A stretch of DNA of 64,000 bases from an uncultured Planctomycetales bacterium (GTDB taxonomy: Bacteria > Planctomycetota > Planctomycetia > Pirellulales > S012-138). The stretch's first letter is position 1; every line of letters starts with the position of its first letter. Below, in pieces: positions 1 to 9,598 of this stretch. The notes under the pieces are model-generated. The model did not search any database. It was not told the origin of the DNA and worked only from the letters and a program-made list of their open reading frames with translations. A program made the position numbers and the translations under genes. The stretch covers positions 37,800 to 101,799 of the forward strand of contig CALBRZ010000002.1 in assembly GCA_937927735.1 (NCBI GenBank). Reading direction: 5' to 3'.

Positions 1-336
1 AACCACGCGGCCGACGGCGTGCGGCTGATGGAGATGGTCAATCATCCCAACTGCCGGCTGCACCTGGACGTGAAGGCGATGAGCAGCGAAGGGCAGCCGA
101 TCCCCGACATCATCCGCGGCAACGCCCACGCCATGGCGCACTTCCACGCCAACGATGCCAACAAGCTCGGCCCGGGCTTCGGCGAGATCGACTTTGTGCC
201 GATCTTCCAGGCCCTCAAGGATGTGAACTATGACGGCTGGGTATCCGTCGAAGTGTTCGACTATAGCCCCGGCATCGAACGCCTGGCCAAGGACAGCATC
301 GACTACATGCGCCGCTGCGAAGAGCAGCTTCAGTAA
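1..336 (+). CDS. sugar phosphate isomerase/epimerase (xylose isomerase-like TIM barrel), 3' fragment; the 5' end lies outside the window
   Basis: Frame 1 is open from base 1 to TAA at 334-336. The product (...HLDVKAM...HFHANDANKLGPGFGEIDFVPIFQALKDVNYDGWVSVEVFDY) resembles the C-terminal metal-binding strands of xylose-isomerase-like TIM barrels. Confidence 0.7.
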   Translation, partial: NHAADGVRLMEMVNHPNCRLHLDVKAMSSEGQPIPDIIRGNAHAMAHFHANDANKLGPGFGEIDFVPIFQALKDVNYDGWVSVEVFDYSPGIERLAKDSIDYMRRCEEQLQ

Positions 337-341
337 GGGCA

Positions 342-376
342 CGCCGGGCGGACACGGCTCCGCCGGCGACGTTTAT
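342..376 (+). terminator. putative intrinsic terminator after the isomerase gene
   Basis: GC-rich hairpin cgccgggcgga / tccgccggcg (one bulge, 6-nt loop) followed by gtttatt, 6 nt after the stop codon. Confidence 0.45.
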
Positions 377-572
377 TGATGGTTGCGCTCAAAATGTCCG
401 CTGCAACGACCCGAAATGCCTACAAATTCAGGCTTCCGTTGGTCGCCTGCGGTCATTGGCGGTGCAACGATCAATATCATGTGGCACGCCGCTTACGGCT
501 GCGCGCAAAACGACCATGCGCGATCGGCAAAGAGCTCGCGTCACCCGCTAGACGCTGCAGCCTTTGGCGGCG

Positions 573-1598
573 CTATTGTTGGAGCGAGTACGGCGTGCCG
601 TCGTCGCGGACGCTCATGTAATACAGCGACATGGGATCTGCGCTGTTTTTCACGGCCACCACGCGGGTATCGCCGAACACAAACTGGCAACCCCCGAGGT
701 GCCAGCTCCCGAACTTCCAATAATCGCCGTTGGTGGCCGCCTTGGTTTCATCGGTGATCAGAGGATTGTCGGGACCTTGGGCGAGCCCCAGCCCTGCGAT
801 CTTGGTACCGCAGTGCGCCCCCCGAGCCGTGCGGCTGGTGGCCCGGGTGCCTGGGGGAATCGTGCGGATCGTCGCCCAACCTGACGGGATTGATGTGCTT
901 CTCACTGATCAGCGAGGTATAAGTCATCCCATCGGTGACTCGCCCGATGGTGACTTGTGAGCGAAAGATTGCCCCGCCGGGCACGTGAGGCGCCGGCTGA
1001 TAGTGCGACGTGGGGATGATCGCGCCCCGGATGTAGTTGCGGGCGGTAGCGCTTTGATCCAGGCCAGGTTCGATTTGTTGCTCGTATCGTTCTTGGCGCC
1101 AATGATCGAGCTGGGAAACTCCGTGGGATTGTTCGGATCCCCCGTCACCCCGGTGGGCACATAATCCAGGCACTGTCCGGCGTTGTTATTCTTGTTGATC
1201 CGGAAGCCGCGCGTGGGGCAGTGATAGATGTCGGAGCGATCGGCGCAGCACGCCGCGATGTTCACGGCATGGTCGTAATCCAGGGTGAAATCAACGCCGG
1301 TGATCGAGGGGCCTTTTTCCATCACCGGCCACAGGAACACCACCCAGCCCAGCCCCTTGTGGTGCGAGGCGCCCCGGTTGCCCACCGAAGGCGGCAGCTC
1401 CTCGGAATGGGTATCGGCATAGATCTGAATGGTCGTGGCAAACTGTTTCAAGTTATTCGAGCAGGCGGAACGTCGCGCGGACTCCCGCGCTGCCTGGATG
1501 GCCGGTAACAGCAGCGCTATCAGGATGCCGATAATGGCCACGACGACCAGCAGTTCTACAAGCGTAAATCCACGGTTCCGATAGGTTGGCATCAACAT
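573..1598 (-). pseudogene. DUF1559 protein (prepilin-type N-terminal cleavage/methylation domain) with an interrupted reading frame
   Basis: The N-terminus [43 protein letters not shown] is in ORF 924..1598. The middle motif [17 protein letters not shown] (ITDGTSNT-like) exists only in another frame (ORF 748..1173). The C-terminal FGSWHLGGCQFVFGDTRVVAV (H-X9-D-like) is in ORF 573..905, which is in the same frame as 924..1598. This implies two compensating frameshifts, near 1050-1075 and 880-895. Confidence 0.6.
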
Positions 1599-2308
1599 AA
1601 GAAGCAGCCTTCCGTGATAGGTTTACACTCGGCACAGACTGTTTGGCGGTAACTTTCACGCGCAGCGTGGGTACGAAGAACGCGCTGGCGGTCCGATGGC
1701 ACGCCCAGGCAGCTCAATCGCCTGCATCGGAAGGAGCAGCGTTTTCCCAATCGCCGGAACGAGAACCGCTCTTGATCGAAGGCAAGAACCCTTCGCCGCT
1801 GCTGGTGAAGAATGCCCGAAGCGTCGGCTCGCTTTGACAGCGAGATGGCGTACTTCCGAGCTTGGATGCCCTGGGAGGTCATACGGCCTGCCCCAACCAA
1901 ACCGGTAGGTGCCCACGACGGCCAGATCGCGTCGATCTGGTCATGGGGCGAAACGGAGCAAACGAGGCGAGACGGTTCAGCCAAAGGCGTGCATGGCCAG
2001 TATAGATAGGGGGGGGTGTGCAGGCTGCAAAGGTTGAAAATGGCCCGGCTTCGCGCACAGTTGCCGTAGGCTTGGGCTTGCGGCCAGTGCGTCTGTGGTG
2101 GGCGCGCGCCCCGAAAGGTGGTTTTCTCGCTGCTCTTCCACACAGCTTTTGGGGTGCACGAGGGCGCGCGCCCGCCCCGGATCGGCCTAACCATGTGACG
2201 TGGGCCTGGGCCTGAATTACATTGGGCGCTTAACCGGACGCTGCGTGGCGCCGGCCTCGTAGCAAGGTTTGTTGCTTCATTGCGTTTGCATCTGAGCGAG
2301 GGACGTGC

Positions 2309-3463
2309 ATGCGGCTGCCAATCTTCCCCCTGATGGCGATTGCGGTGTTGTGCGTGGTGCCTGCGGTCGCGCTGGCACAACAGGATGGGCAGCGGCCCAC
2401 GTCGCCGCTGCCCCCGGAAACCATTGCGGCCATCGATGCCGTGATTGCCAGCCAGATGCAGGAGCAGGAGCTCGTCGGCGTAGCGCTGGGCGTGGTCCAC
2501 AACGGCCAGATCGCGTACCTCAAAGGCTATGGCCTGGCCGACGCCGAGCGGCAGATCCCGGTCACGCCGCAGACGGTGTTCAACTGGGCGTCCAACTCCA
2601 AGGTGGTCCTGGCCGTGGCCGCCATGCAGCTGGTCCAGCAGGGTAAGCTCGACCTCGATGCCGATATCCGCACCTACCTGCCGGAGTTTCCCGACAAGGG
2701 CCACGTCATCACCTCGCGGCACCTGCTCTGCCATCAAAGTGGCATCCCGCACTACGCCAACGGCCAGGTGCCGCTGGTAACGCAGCAGATGGCTCCCCTG
2801 GAAATCGAGCTCGATCCGTTGGCGGCACTCAACCGCTTTGCCGCCGCGCCGCTGCTCTTTCCGCCTGGCGAACGGATGGAATACTCGTCGTACGCCTATG
2901 TGGTACTGTCGGCGGTGGTCCAACGGGCAGGCAAGGAGCCGCTGTGGCAGCAGCTTCAAACGCGGATTCTCGGTCCGCTGGACTTGCGCAGCTTCCAGCT
3001 CGACATGCCGTACACGGGCCAGCCGGATTGGGCGGCCGGTTACAAGAAGAACGACGAAGGCATCGTGGCCCGGGTGCCCGACTACGCCCACTTCTGGAAG
3101 CACGGCGCTGGCGGTTACAAGTCGAACGTGACCGACTTTGCCAAGTGGGCCCAGGCCATCCTCAACCACAAGCTGATGGATGAGGCCACCGAGCAACTGA
3201 TGTGGACGCGGCAGAAAACCACCGACGGGCAGGAAACCCGGTATGGGCTGGGCATTGTCGTGGCCGGCAGCGGCAACGACCTGGAGGTATCGCACGGCGG
3301 CCGGCACGCCGAAACCCGGACGCACATGCGCATCCTGCCAGCCCGCAAGGTCGCCGTGGTGGTAATGACCAACTGCGGCCACGCCGATGCGAGCCTGATC
3401 ACCGGCCCCATTGCCGAACTGCTGCTGAAGCAGACGGCAAACGGTGCCAGGCAGGCCGAGTAA
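2309..3463 (+). CDS. secreted serine hydrolase, beta-lactamase/PBP4-like family
   Basis: Signal peptide MRLPIFPLMAIAVLCVVPAVALA. SxxK motif in FNWASNSKVVLAVAAMQL. C-terminal EVSHGGRHAE...VAVVVMTN is typical of class-C-like beta-lactamase-fold proteins. Confidence 0.85.
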   Translation: MRLPIFPLMAIAVLCVVPAVALAQQDGQRPTSPLPPETIAAIDAVIASQMQEQELVGVALGVVHNGQIAYLKGYGLADAERQIPVTPQTVFNWASNSKVVLAVAAMQLVQQGKLDLDADIRTYLPEFPDKGHVITSRHLLCHQSGIPHYANGQVPLVTQQMAPLEIELDPLAALNRFAAAPLLFPPGERMEYSSYAYVVLSAVVQRAGKEPLWQQLQTRILGPLDLRSFQLDMPYTGQPDWAAGYKKNDEGIVARVPDYAHFWKHGAGGYKSNVTDFAKWAQAILNHKLMDEATEQLMWTRQKTTDGQETRYGLGIVVAGSGNDLEVSHGGRHAETRTHMRILPARKVAVVVMTNCGHADASLITGPIAELLLKQTANGARQAE

Positions 3464-3474
3464 CCCGGCCGCGT

Positions 3475-5121
3475 TTACTCGCGGGTGTAGAGCGTCTCAA
3501 TCACGTCCGCGTATCGCTGGGCAATCTCGCCGCGGCGGAGCTTCAGCGTCGGTGTTAAGAGGCCGTTGTCGGGCGTGAACGGCTCGGCCAGCAGGGCGAA
3601 ACGGCCGACTTGTTCGTAGGAAGAGAGGTCGGCCAGGCGGGCTTTCACGCGTTCGGCGACGATGGCTCGGACGGTTTCGTCGGTCGTCCAGTTCTCCGGC
3701 AGCGTTTGGCCTTGGGCCGCGCGGGCCGCCGAGAGCGCGCCGCGGTCGATCACCAACAGGGCCGCCAGGTAATTGCGGCCATCGCCTACGACCATCGCCT
3801 GCTGGATGAGCGGGTCTTCGCACAACCGCGTTTCCAGGAGGACCGGCGCGATGTTTTTGCCGGCCGCGGTGACGATCAGTTCTTTCTTGCGGCCGGTGAT
3901 GTAGAGGTAGCCTTCTTCGTCGATGCGGCCCAAGTCGCCGGTGGCCAGCCAGCCGTCGCGGATGGTTTGGGCCGTTTCGTCCTCGCGCCGCCAGTAGCCC
4001 AGCATGACGTGCGGGCCGCGGGTCAGGATCTCGCCGTCGTCGGCAATGCGGATTTCCACGCCCTTGAGCGGCTGGCCCACGCTGCCGATCTTGTCCGGAT
4101 TGTCGGATACGGTGATGACCGGCGAAGTTTCGGTCAGGCCGTAGCCCTGCACCAGGTACAGGCCTTGCTTGCGGTAGAAGGCGGCCACGTGGTCGGGCAA
4201 TGCGGCTCCGCCCGAGCAGCACATGCGGATGCGTCCGCCCAGCAGTTGATTGGCGGCGCCGGGCGTATCGCCCACGCCCTGGTCGACCAGGAACCGCATC
4301 ACTTTTTCAAAGAAGTACGGCACGCCGTTGATCAGCGTCGGCTGCACCTGGCTGCAATCGCCCAGGATGGTATCGCGGCTCTCGGCCAGGGCCATGAGCA
4401 TATCGGGCCACACCAGCCAGGTGTACAGGTCGGCGGTTCGGGCAAACACGTGCGAGAGCGGCAGCCAGCACAACCGCAAATCGCCGGGCTCGATGTTGAA
4501 CCGCTCGCAAGCTGCTACGGCGTTGCTGGCCAGGTTGCCGTGGCTGAGCATCACGCCCTTGGGCTCGCCGGTCGTGCCCGAGGTGTACAGCACCGTGGCC
4601 AGCGAGTTCTCGTGGAGCGCGTCGACGGCGACGCGCAGCAGTTCTTCGCCGCGGCTGGGATCGGCCGCTTGCTGCAATGCCGCCAGGTGCCGCACCGGCC
4701 GGCCGGCCAGCGGCTGATGGATCGGATCGAACGACACCAGCGGCAGCGGATCCGGCAGCGCCAGGGCGAGCAGTTTTTCCGCCTGCACGGGGCCCGAGAG
4801 CAGCAGCAGCGACGGCTCGCAGTCGCGGATTTGCCAGGCGATCTGCTGGCCTGAGAGCGAAGCGTGGATCGGCACGTGGACGGCCTGACAGAGGTAGGCC
4901 GCCAGGTCGCTTACGATCCATTCCAGGCGATTGGGCGAAACCTGGGCGATGCGGTCGCCGGGCTTCACACCCAGCGCTTCGAAGGCGGCCGCCGTGCGAA
5001 AGACCTGTTCGCCCAGCTCTTGCCAGGAGAGCGTCTGGAAGTCGTCGTGGTCGTCCTTGACTTGCAAGGCCGGCTTGGCCCCCTCCTGGAGGCGCTGTTG
5101 CAGGAAAGTGAGCAGGTTCAC
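3475..5121 (-). CDS. long-chain acyl-CoA synthetase (AMP-dependent synthetase/ligase, ANL family)
   Basis: AMP-binding motifs LYTSGTTGEPKGVMLSH, GYGLTETS and WLATGDLGRIDEEGYLYITGRKKELI. GTG start at 5121 overlaps the upstream stop codon (GTGA). Confidence 0.9.
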   Translation of the reverse strand: MNLLTFLQQRLQEGAKPALQVKDDHDDFQTLSWQELGEQVFRTAAAFEALGVKPGDRIAQVSPNRLEWIVSDLAAYLCQAVHVPIHASLSGQQIAWQIRDCEPSLLLLSGPVQAEKLLALALPDPLPLVSFDPIHQPLAGRPVRHLAALQQAADPSRGEELLRVAVDALHENSLATVLYTSGTTGEPKGVMLSHGNLASNAVAACERFNIEPGDLRLCWLPLSHVFARTADLYTWLVWPDMLMALAESRDTILGDCSQVQPTLINGVPYFFEKVMRFLVDQGVGDTPGAANQLLGGRIRMCCSGGAALPDHVAAFYRKQGLYLVQGYGLTETSPVITVSDNPDKIGSVGQPLKGVEIRIADDGEILTRGPHVMLGYWRREDETAQTIRDGWLATGDLGRIDEEGYLYITGRKKELIVTAAGKNIAPVLLETRLCEDPLIQQAMVVGDGRNYLAALLVIDRGALSAARAAQGQTLPENWTTDETVRAIVAERVKARLADLSSYEQVGRFALLAEPFTPDNGLLTPTLKLRRGEIAQRYADVIETLYTRE

Positions 5122-6284
5122 GGCTGGGCCTTGTGATGCTTGCGAAGTACTTCGGCCACGCCGTCGAACATCTTGGCCTCGGCGATTTCAAGCGGGGTAC
5201 GGCCGCGCCCGTCCTTGGCCGCGGCGTCGGCTCCGGCGGCCAGGAGTGCCGCTGCGGCCTTGGGGCGGTCGCCGGCCGCCGCCAGATGCAGGGGCGTGGC
5301 ACCGGTGCGGTCTTGCGCGTCTGCCTTGGCCTGGTGCTTCAGCAGCAAGACGCATAGTGCATCGTAACCCAAGTAAGCCGCGACGTGCAGCGGGGTACGG
5401 CCATCGCTATCGGCGGCATCCACGTCGGCTTTGCCGACTTTCAGCAGAACGGTTGCCGCCGGCGCGTTTTGTTCGTACACGGCCACGTACAGCGGCGTGA
5501 GCCGGTCGCCGTTGACCGCGTTGACGTTGGCCTTGTGCTCCAGCAGCAGCTTGATGATCTCGGTGCGGTTTTCCGAAGCGGCCACGTGCAGTGGCGTATC
5601 GCCCGAGCGCGACGGCGCATCGACCTTGGCCCCGGCTTTCAGGAGCAGCCGCACGATGTCGGCATAGCCCTTGGCGGCAGGCACGTGCAGCGGCGTAAAG
5701 CCCAGCGCGTTGGCGGCGTTGACGTCGGCCTTATGCTCGAGCAACAGTTCAACGAGCTTGGCCTGACGATAAATGGCGGCCATGTGCAGCGCGGTATCGC
5801 CCTCGCGATCGGCCGCGTTGAGGTTGGCTCCGCGCTTGAGCAGGGCCGTCGCCAGGTCGGCATGGCCATCGGCGGCGGCAAAGTACAACGGCGTGCGGCC
5901 TTCCTCATCGGCTACGGTGGTGCTGGCGCCCTGTTCGACGAGAAACCTGGCGACGTCGACCCGTCCGGCAGCCACCGCGGTGAGCAGCGGCGTCGAGTCG
6001 TCGACCTTGGCGTCGATCTGGGCGCCACGCTCCAGCAGCAGTTTGACCGCGGCAAGCTGCCCGCGGTTGGCGGCCACAAACAGCGGCGTTTCGCCCGTCT
6101 CACTCCGGGCGTTGGCTGCCTGGGCGTCCTCGTCCAAAAGCTGCTTCAACAGCGCCAGGTTACCGGCCGCGGCAGCCCGATGGATCTCGCCCGCCGCGGC
6201 TTCCACCGCTGCCAGGCAAACGGCCACGGCGACCAGCATCGCCAGGGACGACGCTGCGGCGCGGCGAAAAATGCTGCGGATCAT
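5118..6284 (-). CDS. secreted ankyrin-repeat protein (about 10-11 repeats)
   Basis: Repeated TPLHxAAxxGxxxxVxLLLxxGAxVNA units. Start placed at the internal ATG (6282-6284), which gives the signal peptide MIRSIFRRAAASSLAMLVAVAVCLAAVEA. The ORF in the track begins 24 codons earlier. Confidence 0.85.
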   Translation of the reverse strand: MIRSIFRRAAASSLAMLVAVAVCLAAVEAAAGEIHRAAAAGNLALLKQLLDEDAQAANARSETGETPLFVAANRGQLAAVKLLLERGAQIDAKVDDSTPLLTAVAAGRVDVARFLVEQGASTTVADEEGRTPLYFAAADGHADLATALLKRGANLNAADREGDTALHMAAIYRQAKLVELLLEHKADVNAANALGFTPLHVPAAKGYADIVRLLLKAGAKVDAPSRSGDTPLHVAASENRTEIIKLLLEHKANVNAVNGDRLTPLYVAVYEQNAPAATVLLKVGKADVDAADSDGRTPLHVAAYLGYDALCVLLLKHQAKADAQDRTGATPLHLAAAGDRPKAAAALLAAGADAAAKDGRGRTPLEIAEAKMFDGVAEVLRKHHKAQP

Positions 6285-6435
6285 GGCCGTTGCTCGCAAG
6301 CAGGGTAGGGGGGCATGCGGGAGCGTGCGGAGGCGTGCCGGCTGCGCCGAGGCCACTCAGCCGTACGAGGGGACATATGGCAAGGAGCGCGCCGAAGCAG
6401 CGCTGCCGAGCTGGCTATCCACCGGGCTGTGGTCG

Positions 6436-7278
6436 CTACTTCGATGCGTTCGCCGGCTTCACCTGGACCAGCAGCCAGGACCAGAACTCGGGATTGTTGT
6501 AGGTAGCGGTCCAGGAGTCGTGGCCCACGCCTTCGTAGGTGGTGAACTTCACGTTGCCGCCGACTTCTTTCAGGGCGGCGACCATCTTTTCGGTGGCCGC
6601 GTACGGCACGGCCCGGTCGGCGGTGCCATGGAACGTCCAAATCGGGATGTGCTTGATCTTGGCGGCCGTGGCCGGATCGCCCACGCCACAGATCGGCGCG
6701 GCGGCGGCGAAGCGGTCGGGCTGGTGGGCGATCAGGTTCCAGGTGCCGGCGCCGCCCATCGACAGGCCGGTGACGTAGATCCGTCGCGGATCCACCCGCA
6801 GCTCCTTCTCCACGTGATCCAAGAGGCCCGCCAGGGCTTCAACGTCCCACCGCTGGCCGGCCGGACATTGGGGCGAAACCACGATCGCCGGCAGGTCTTT
6901 CTGCTCGGCCAGCTGGGGAGGGCCGTGCCGCTTGACCTGCTCGAGGTTCGAGCCACGTTCGCCAGCCCCGTGCAGGAACAGGATCAGCGGGAACTTTTGC
7001 TCGCTTTGCTGGTGATATTGGGGCGGCAGGTAGAGCAGGTAGCCCAGCTCCATTTCGCCCGCGGCGCCCTTCACCTTGACCGATTTTTCCGCCTGGCGGG
7101 GGGGCTGGTCGGCGGCCAGCAGCGGCTGGCTGAGGACCAGCCCGGCACAGGCAAACGTCGCGGCCAGCAGCAGACCGCCGGCACGGATAGCCTGGCGGAG
7201 GGGGCTCAAACGGCGAAGCGGCAAAGCATGATGGAAAATCGTTGTCATGGGCGGTGCGCCTTCGCTTGTTCGTTGCAT
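6436..7278 (-). CDS. secreted alpha/beta hydrolase (carboxylesterase / phospholipase-like)
   Basis: LILFLHGAGERG..., nucleophile elbow GLSMGG, late His in GVGHDSW, and an N-terminal hydrophobic signal. The alternative start ATG at 7248 is equally possible. Confidence 0.8.
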   Translation of the reverse strand: MQRTSEGAPPMTTIFHHALPLRRLSPLRQAIRAGGLLLAATFACAGLVLSQPLLAADQPPRQAEKSVKVKGAAGEMELGYLLYLPPQYHQQSEQKFPLILFLHGAGERGSNLEQVKRHGPPQLAEQKDLPAIVVSPQCPAGQRWDVEALAGLLDHVEKELRVDPRRIYVTGLSMGGAGTWNLIAHQPDRFAAAAPICGVGDPATAAKIKHIPIWTFHGTADRAVPYAATEKMVAALKEVGGNVKFTTYEGVGHDSWTATYNNPEFWSWLLVQVKPANASK

Positions 7279-7676
7279 GGGGGGGCAGGAAGTTACTCAG
7301 CCTCCAATCGCCCCAGGCGTGGCGCAGGGTAAGCTGGGCCACGTGCGAGGCGTGCGGGCGGCAGGGGGCTGGCGAGGGTTGATTTTCGTTGGCCCGCGCG
7401 GCGTGTGCAAGAGTTTGCTGGCCCGGGTCTTACAGCGGTCGGCGACCTGCGCGTGGAGCCGTCGCGGATAGCATCCGCGGCCGGGCAACGATGAAGGATC
7501 GGTGAACTTCGGCCCGTTTTTCTCCGCCAGGGTTGCCAAGGTGCGGGCCAAAAGTGGAAACTTGCCCGAAGATGCCTGGAGGGCTTCACCTTACGGCCGC
7601 CTGTCGGCGTGGGGTTGGGGTGCCGCCAGGAATTGGGGTGTCGTAACTTGGGGCCGCTTAGCTCGTACAGCACGCT

Positions 7677-8111
7677 ATGTCCAACCTGCGTCCGAAGATC
7701 ACGCGCGAACAATTGCCGCCGGGCGAGAGTCTTTGCTCGTACTGCACGGCCAAGTGCTGCAAGTACTTTGCGCTGCCGATCGATACCCCCAAAACGCCGC
7801 AGGACTTCGACTACATCCGCTGGTATCTGCTGCACGAGGGGGCCACGGTCTTTACCGAGGACGACACCTGGTACCTGCTGGTCCATACCACGTGCAAACA
7901 CCTGCAACCGGACAACCGCTGCGGCATCTACCACACGCGGCCGCAGATTTGCCGCGATTATTCCACCCACAACTGCGAGTACGACGATACTTGGGTATAC
8001 GACCGGTACTTCGAAACGCCCGAGCAGATCACCGAGTACGTCGAGGCCATGTACCCGAGCAAGGGTTCAATCCGCAGCCCCAAGCCCGAGTTGCTGCCCG
8101 TGCTGAGCTGA
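7677..8111 (+). CDS. YkgJ-family cysteine-cluster (putative Zn/Fe-S) protein
   Basis: CSYCTAKCCKYF (CxxCxxCC) plus CKHL...NRCGIYHTRPQICRDY, characteristic of the UPF0153/YkgJ family. Confidence 0.8.
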   Translation: MSNLRPKITREQLPPGESLCSYCTAKCCKYFALPIDTPKTPQDFDYIRWYLLHEGATVFTEDDTWYLLVHTTCKHLQPDNRCGIYHTRPQICRDYSTHNCEYDDTWVYDRYFETPEQITEYVEAMYPSKGSIRSPKPELLPVLS

Positions 8112-8209
8112 CCGGCTGAATACGGCGCGGCCTGGACACCGCGGCGGCGTACCGCGCGAAATCACCACGTACTGTTTCCCTCCTTCACTGCATCCAAACA
8201 ATCGTTTCC

Positions 8210-9535
8210 ATGAGCGGTTTGATTGAGCCTCGCACGTTGAAAGGATTCCGGGACTATCCGCCCGAGGCGATGCTGCCACGTGAGTGGCTGCTGGAAACCG
8301 CCCGCCGCGTGTACCGCAGTTACGGTTTCGCGCCCATCGACACGCCCGCCCTGGAGTACTTGGAGATCCTCTTGGGCAAGGGCAGCGAGGAAACCGACAA
8401 GCAACTGTACAAGTTCGAGGATCACGGCGGCCGGATGGTCGGCCTGCGGTTCGATCTGACCGTGCCGTTTGCCCGCTTCGCCGCCCAGCACATCGGCCAG
8501 TTGGGAACGCCGTTCAAACGCTACCACATGGCCACGGTGTGGCGGGGTGAGAACACGCAGCGAGGCCGTTACCGCGAGTTCATGCAGTGCGATTTCGACA
8601 CCATCGGCACCGACGCCCTGGCCGCCGATATCGAAACCGCCCTGGTGATCCACGATTTGCTGCTGGCCATCGGCTTTGATCAGTTCACCATCCGCATCAA
8701 TAACCGCCGCGTGCTCAACGGCCTGCTGAGCCGGTTGGGCCTGGCCGAGAAATCGACCGAGATCCTGCGGGCATTGGACAAGTTGGCCAAGATCGGCCCC
8801 GAAAAGGTCGAGGCCGAAATGTGTACCGCCGCCAGTGCCACGCCCCAGCAGGCGGCCGACGTGCTCAAGATGGCTTCGCTTACCGGCAGCAACGAAGAAA
8901 TCCTGAGCCAACTGGACCCGCTGGTGCGCGGCAGCGAAGTCGGTGAACGCGGCGTGGCCGAACTGGCCGAGTTGCTCAAGGCCGCGGCGGCTGCCGGTGT
9001 GCCGGAAGAACGGTTGCGGCTGGATGTCTCGATCGCCCGCGGCCTGGACTACTACACCGGCACCATCTACGAAACCTTCCTGAACGAGCTGCCTACGATC
9101 GGCAGCATCTGCTCGGGCGGCCGTTACGACAACCTGGCCGGGCTGTACACCAAGCAGGAACTGCCGGGCGTGGGCGCCTCGCTGGGCTTGGACCGGCTGC
9201 TGGCCGCGATGGAAGAACTGGGCCGCATCGAAAAGGTGTCGACGCCGGCCGAACTGTTCATCCCTTACTTCGATGCCAGCCGACTGGGCGAATATCTGCG
9301 GCTAGCCCGCGAATTGCGCGCACTAGGGCTGGGCGTCGAGGTCTATCCCGAGCCGCGTAAGCTGGGCCAGCAACTCAAGTACGCCGACCGCCGTGGCTAC
9401 CGTTTTGCTTTGGTGATCGGCGAGGACGAGTTCGCCGCCGGCAAGGGGCTGCTCAAAGACCTCACGCAGCGCACGCAGGTAGAAGTCCCGCTGGCCGATC
9501 CGACCGCTGTGGTGAAGGTGATCCGCGGCGAGTAA
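8210..9535 (+). CDS. hisS: histidine--tRNA ligase
   Basis: Class II aaRS of HisRS type: PRTLKGFRDYPPEAMLPREWLLETARRVYRSYGFAPIDTPALEYLEIL, MATVWRGENTQRGRYREFMQCDFD, GGRYDNL, and a C-terminal anticodon-binding domain. Confidence 0.95.
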   Translation: MSGLIEPRTLKGFRDYPPEAMLPREWLLETARRVYRSYGFAPIDTPALEYLEILLGKGSEETDKQLYKFEDHGGRMVGLRFDLTVPFARFAAQHIGQLGTPFKRYHMATVWRGENTQRGRYREFMQCDFDTIGTDALAADIETALVIHDLLLAIGFDQFTIRINNRRVLNGLLSRLGLAEKSTEILRALDKLAKIGPEKVEAEMCTAASATPQQAADVLKMASLTGSNEEILSQLDPLVRGSEVGERGVAELAELLKAAAAAGVPEERLRLDVSIARGLDYYTGTIYETFLNELPTIGSICSGGRYDNLAGLYTKQELPGVGASLGLDRLLAAMEELGRIEKVSTPAELFIPYFDASRLGEYLRLARELRALGLGVEVYPEPRKLGQQLKYADRRGYRFALVIGEDEFAAGKGLLKDLTQRTQVEVPLADPTAVVKVIRGE

Positions 9536-9598
9536 GCTGGCCGCGTTGGCCTGATCGCATGGGCCGCTTAAGCCCATCCCAACGGTAAACGTGGTGGC

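Noticed and set aside
1592-3382. 596-aa ORF on the minus strand, overlapping the beta-lactamase-family gene and its upstream region.
   Set aside because: It is antisense to an ORF with clear SxxK-hydrolase motifs. Its product is Arg/Gly/Pro/His-rich with no recognisable motif, which is typical of GC-rich shadow ORFs.
5773-7332. 519-aa plus-strand ORF across the ankyrin and esterase genes. Similar off-frame or antisense ORFs occur at 11633..13225, 35407..36537, 39008..40066, 43772..45343, 57636..58661, 60912..61931 and 62205..63461.
   Set aside because: All of them overlap ORFs with strong family signatures on the other strand or in another frame, and they have Ala/Arg/Gly/Pro-dominated composition. 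I regard them as high-GC artefacts.
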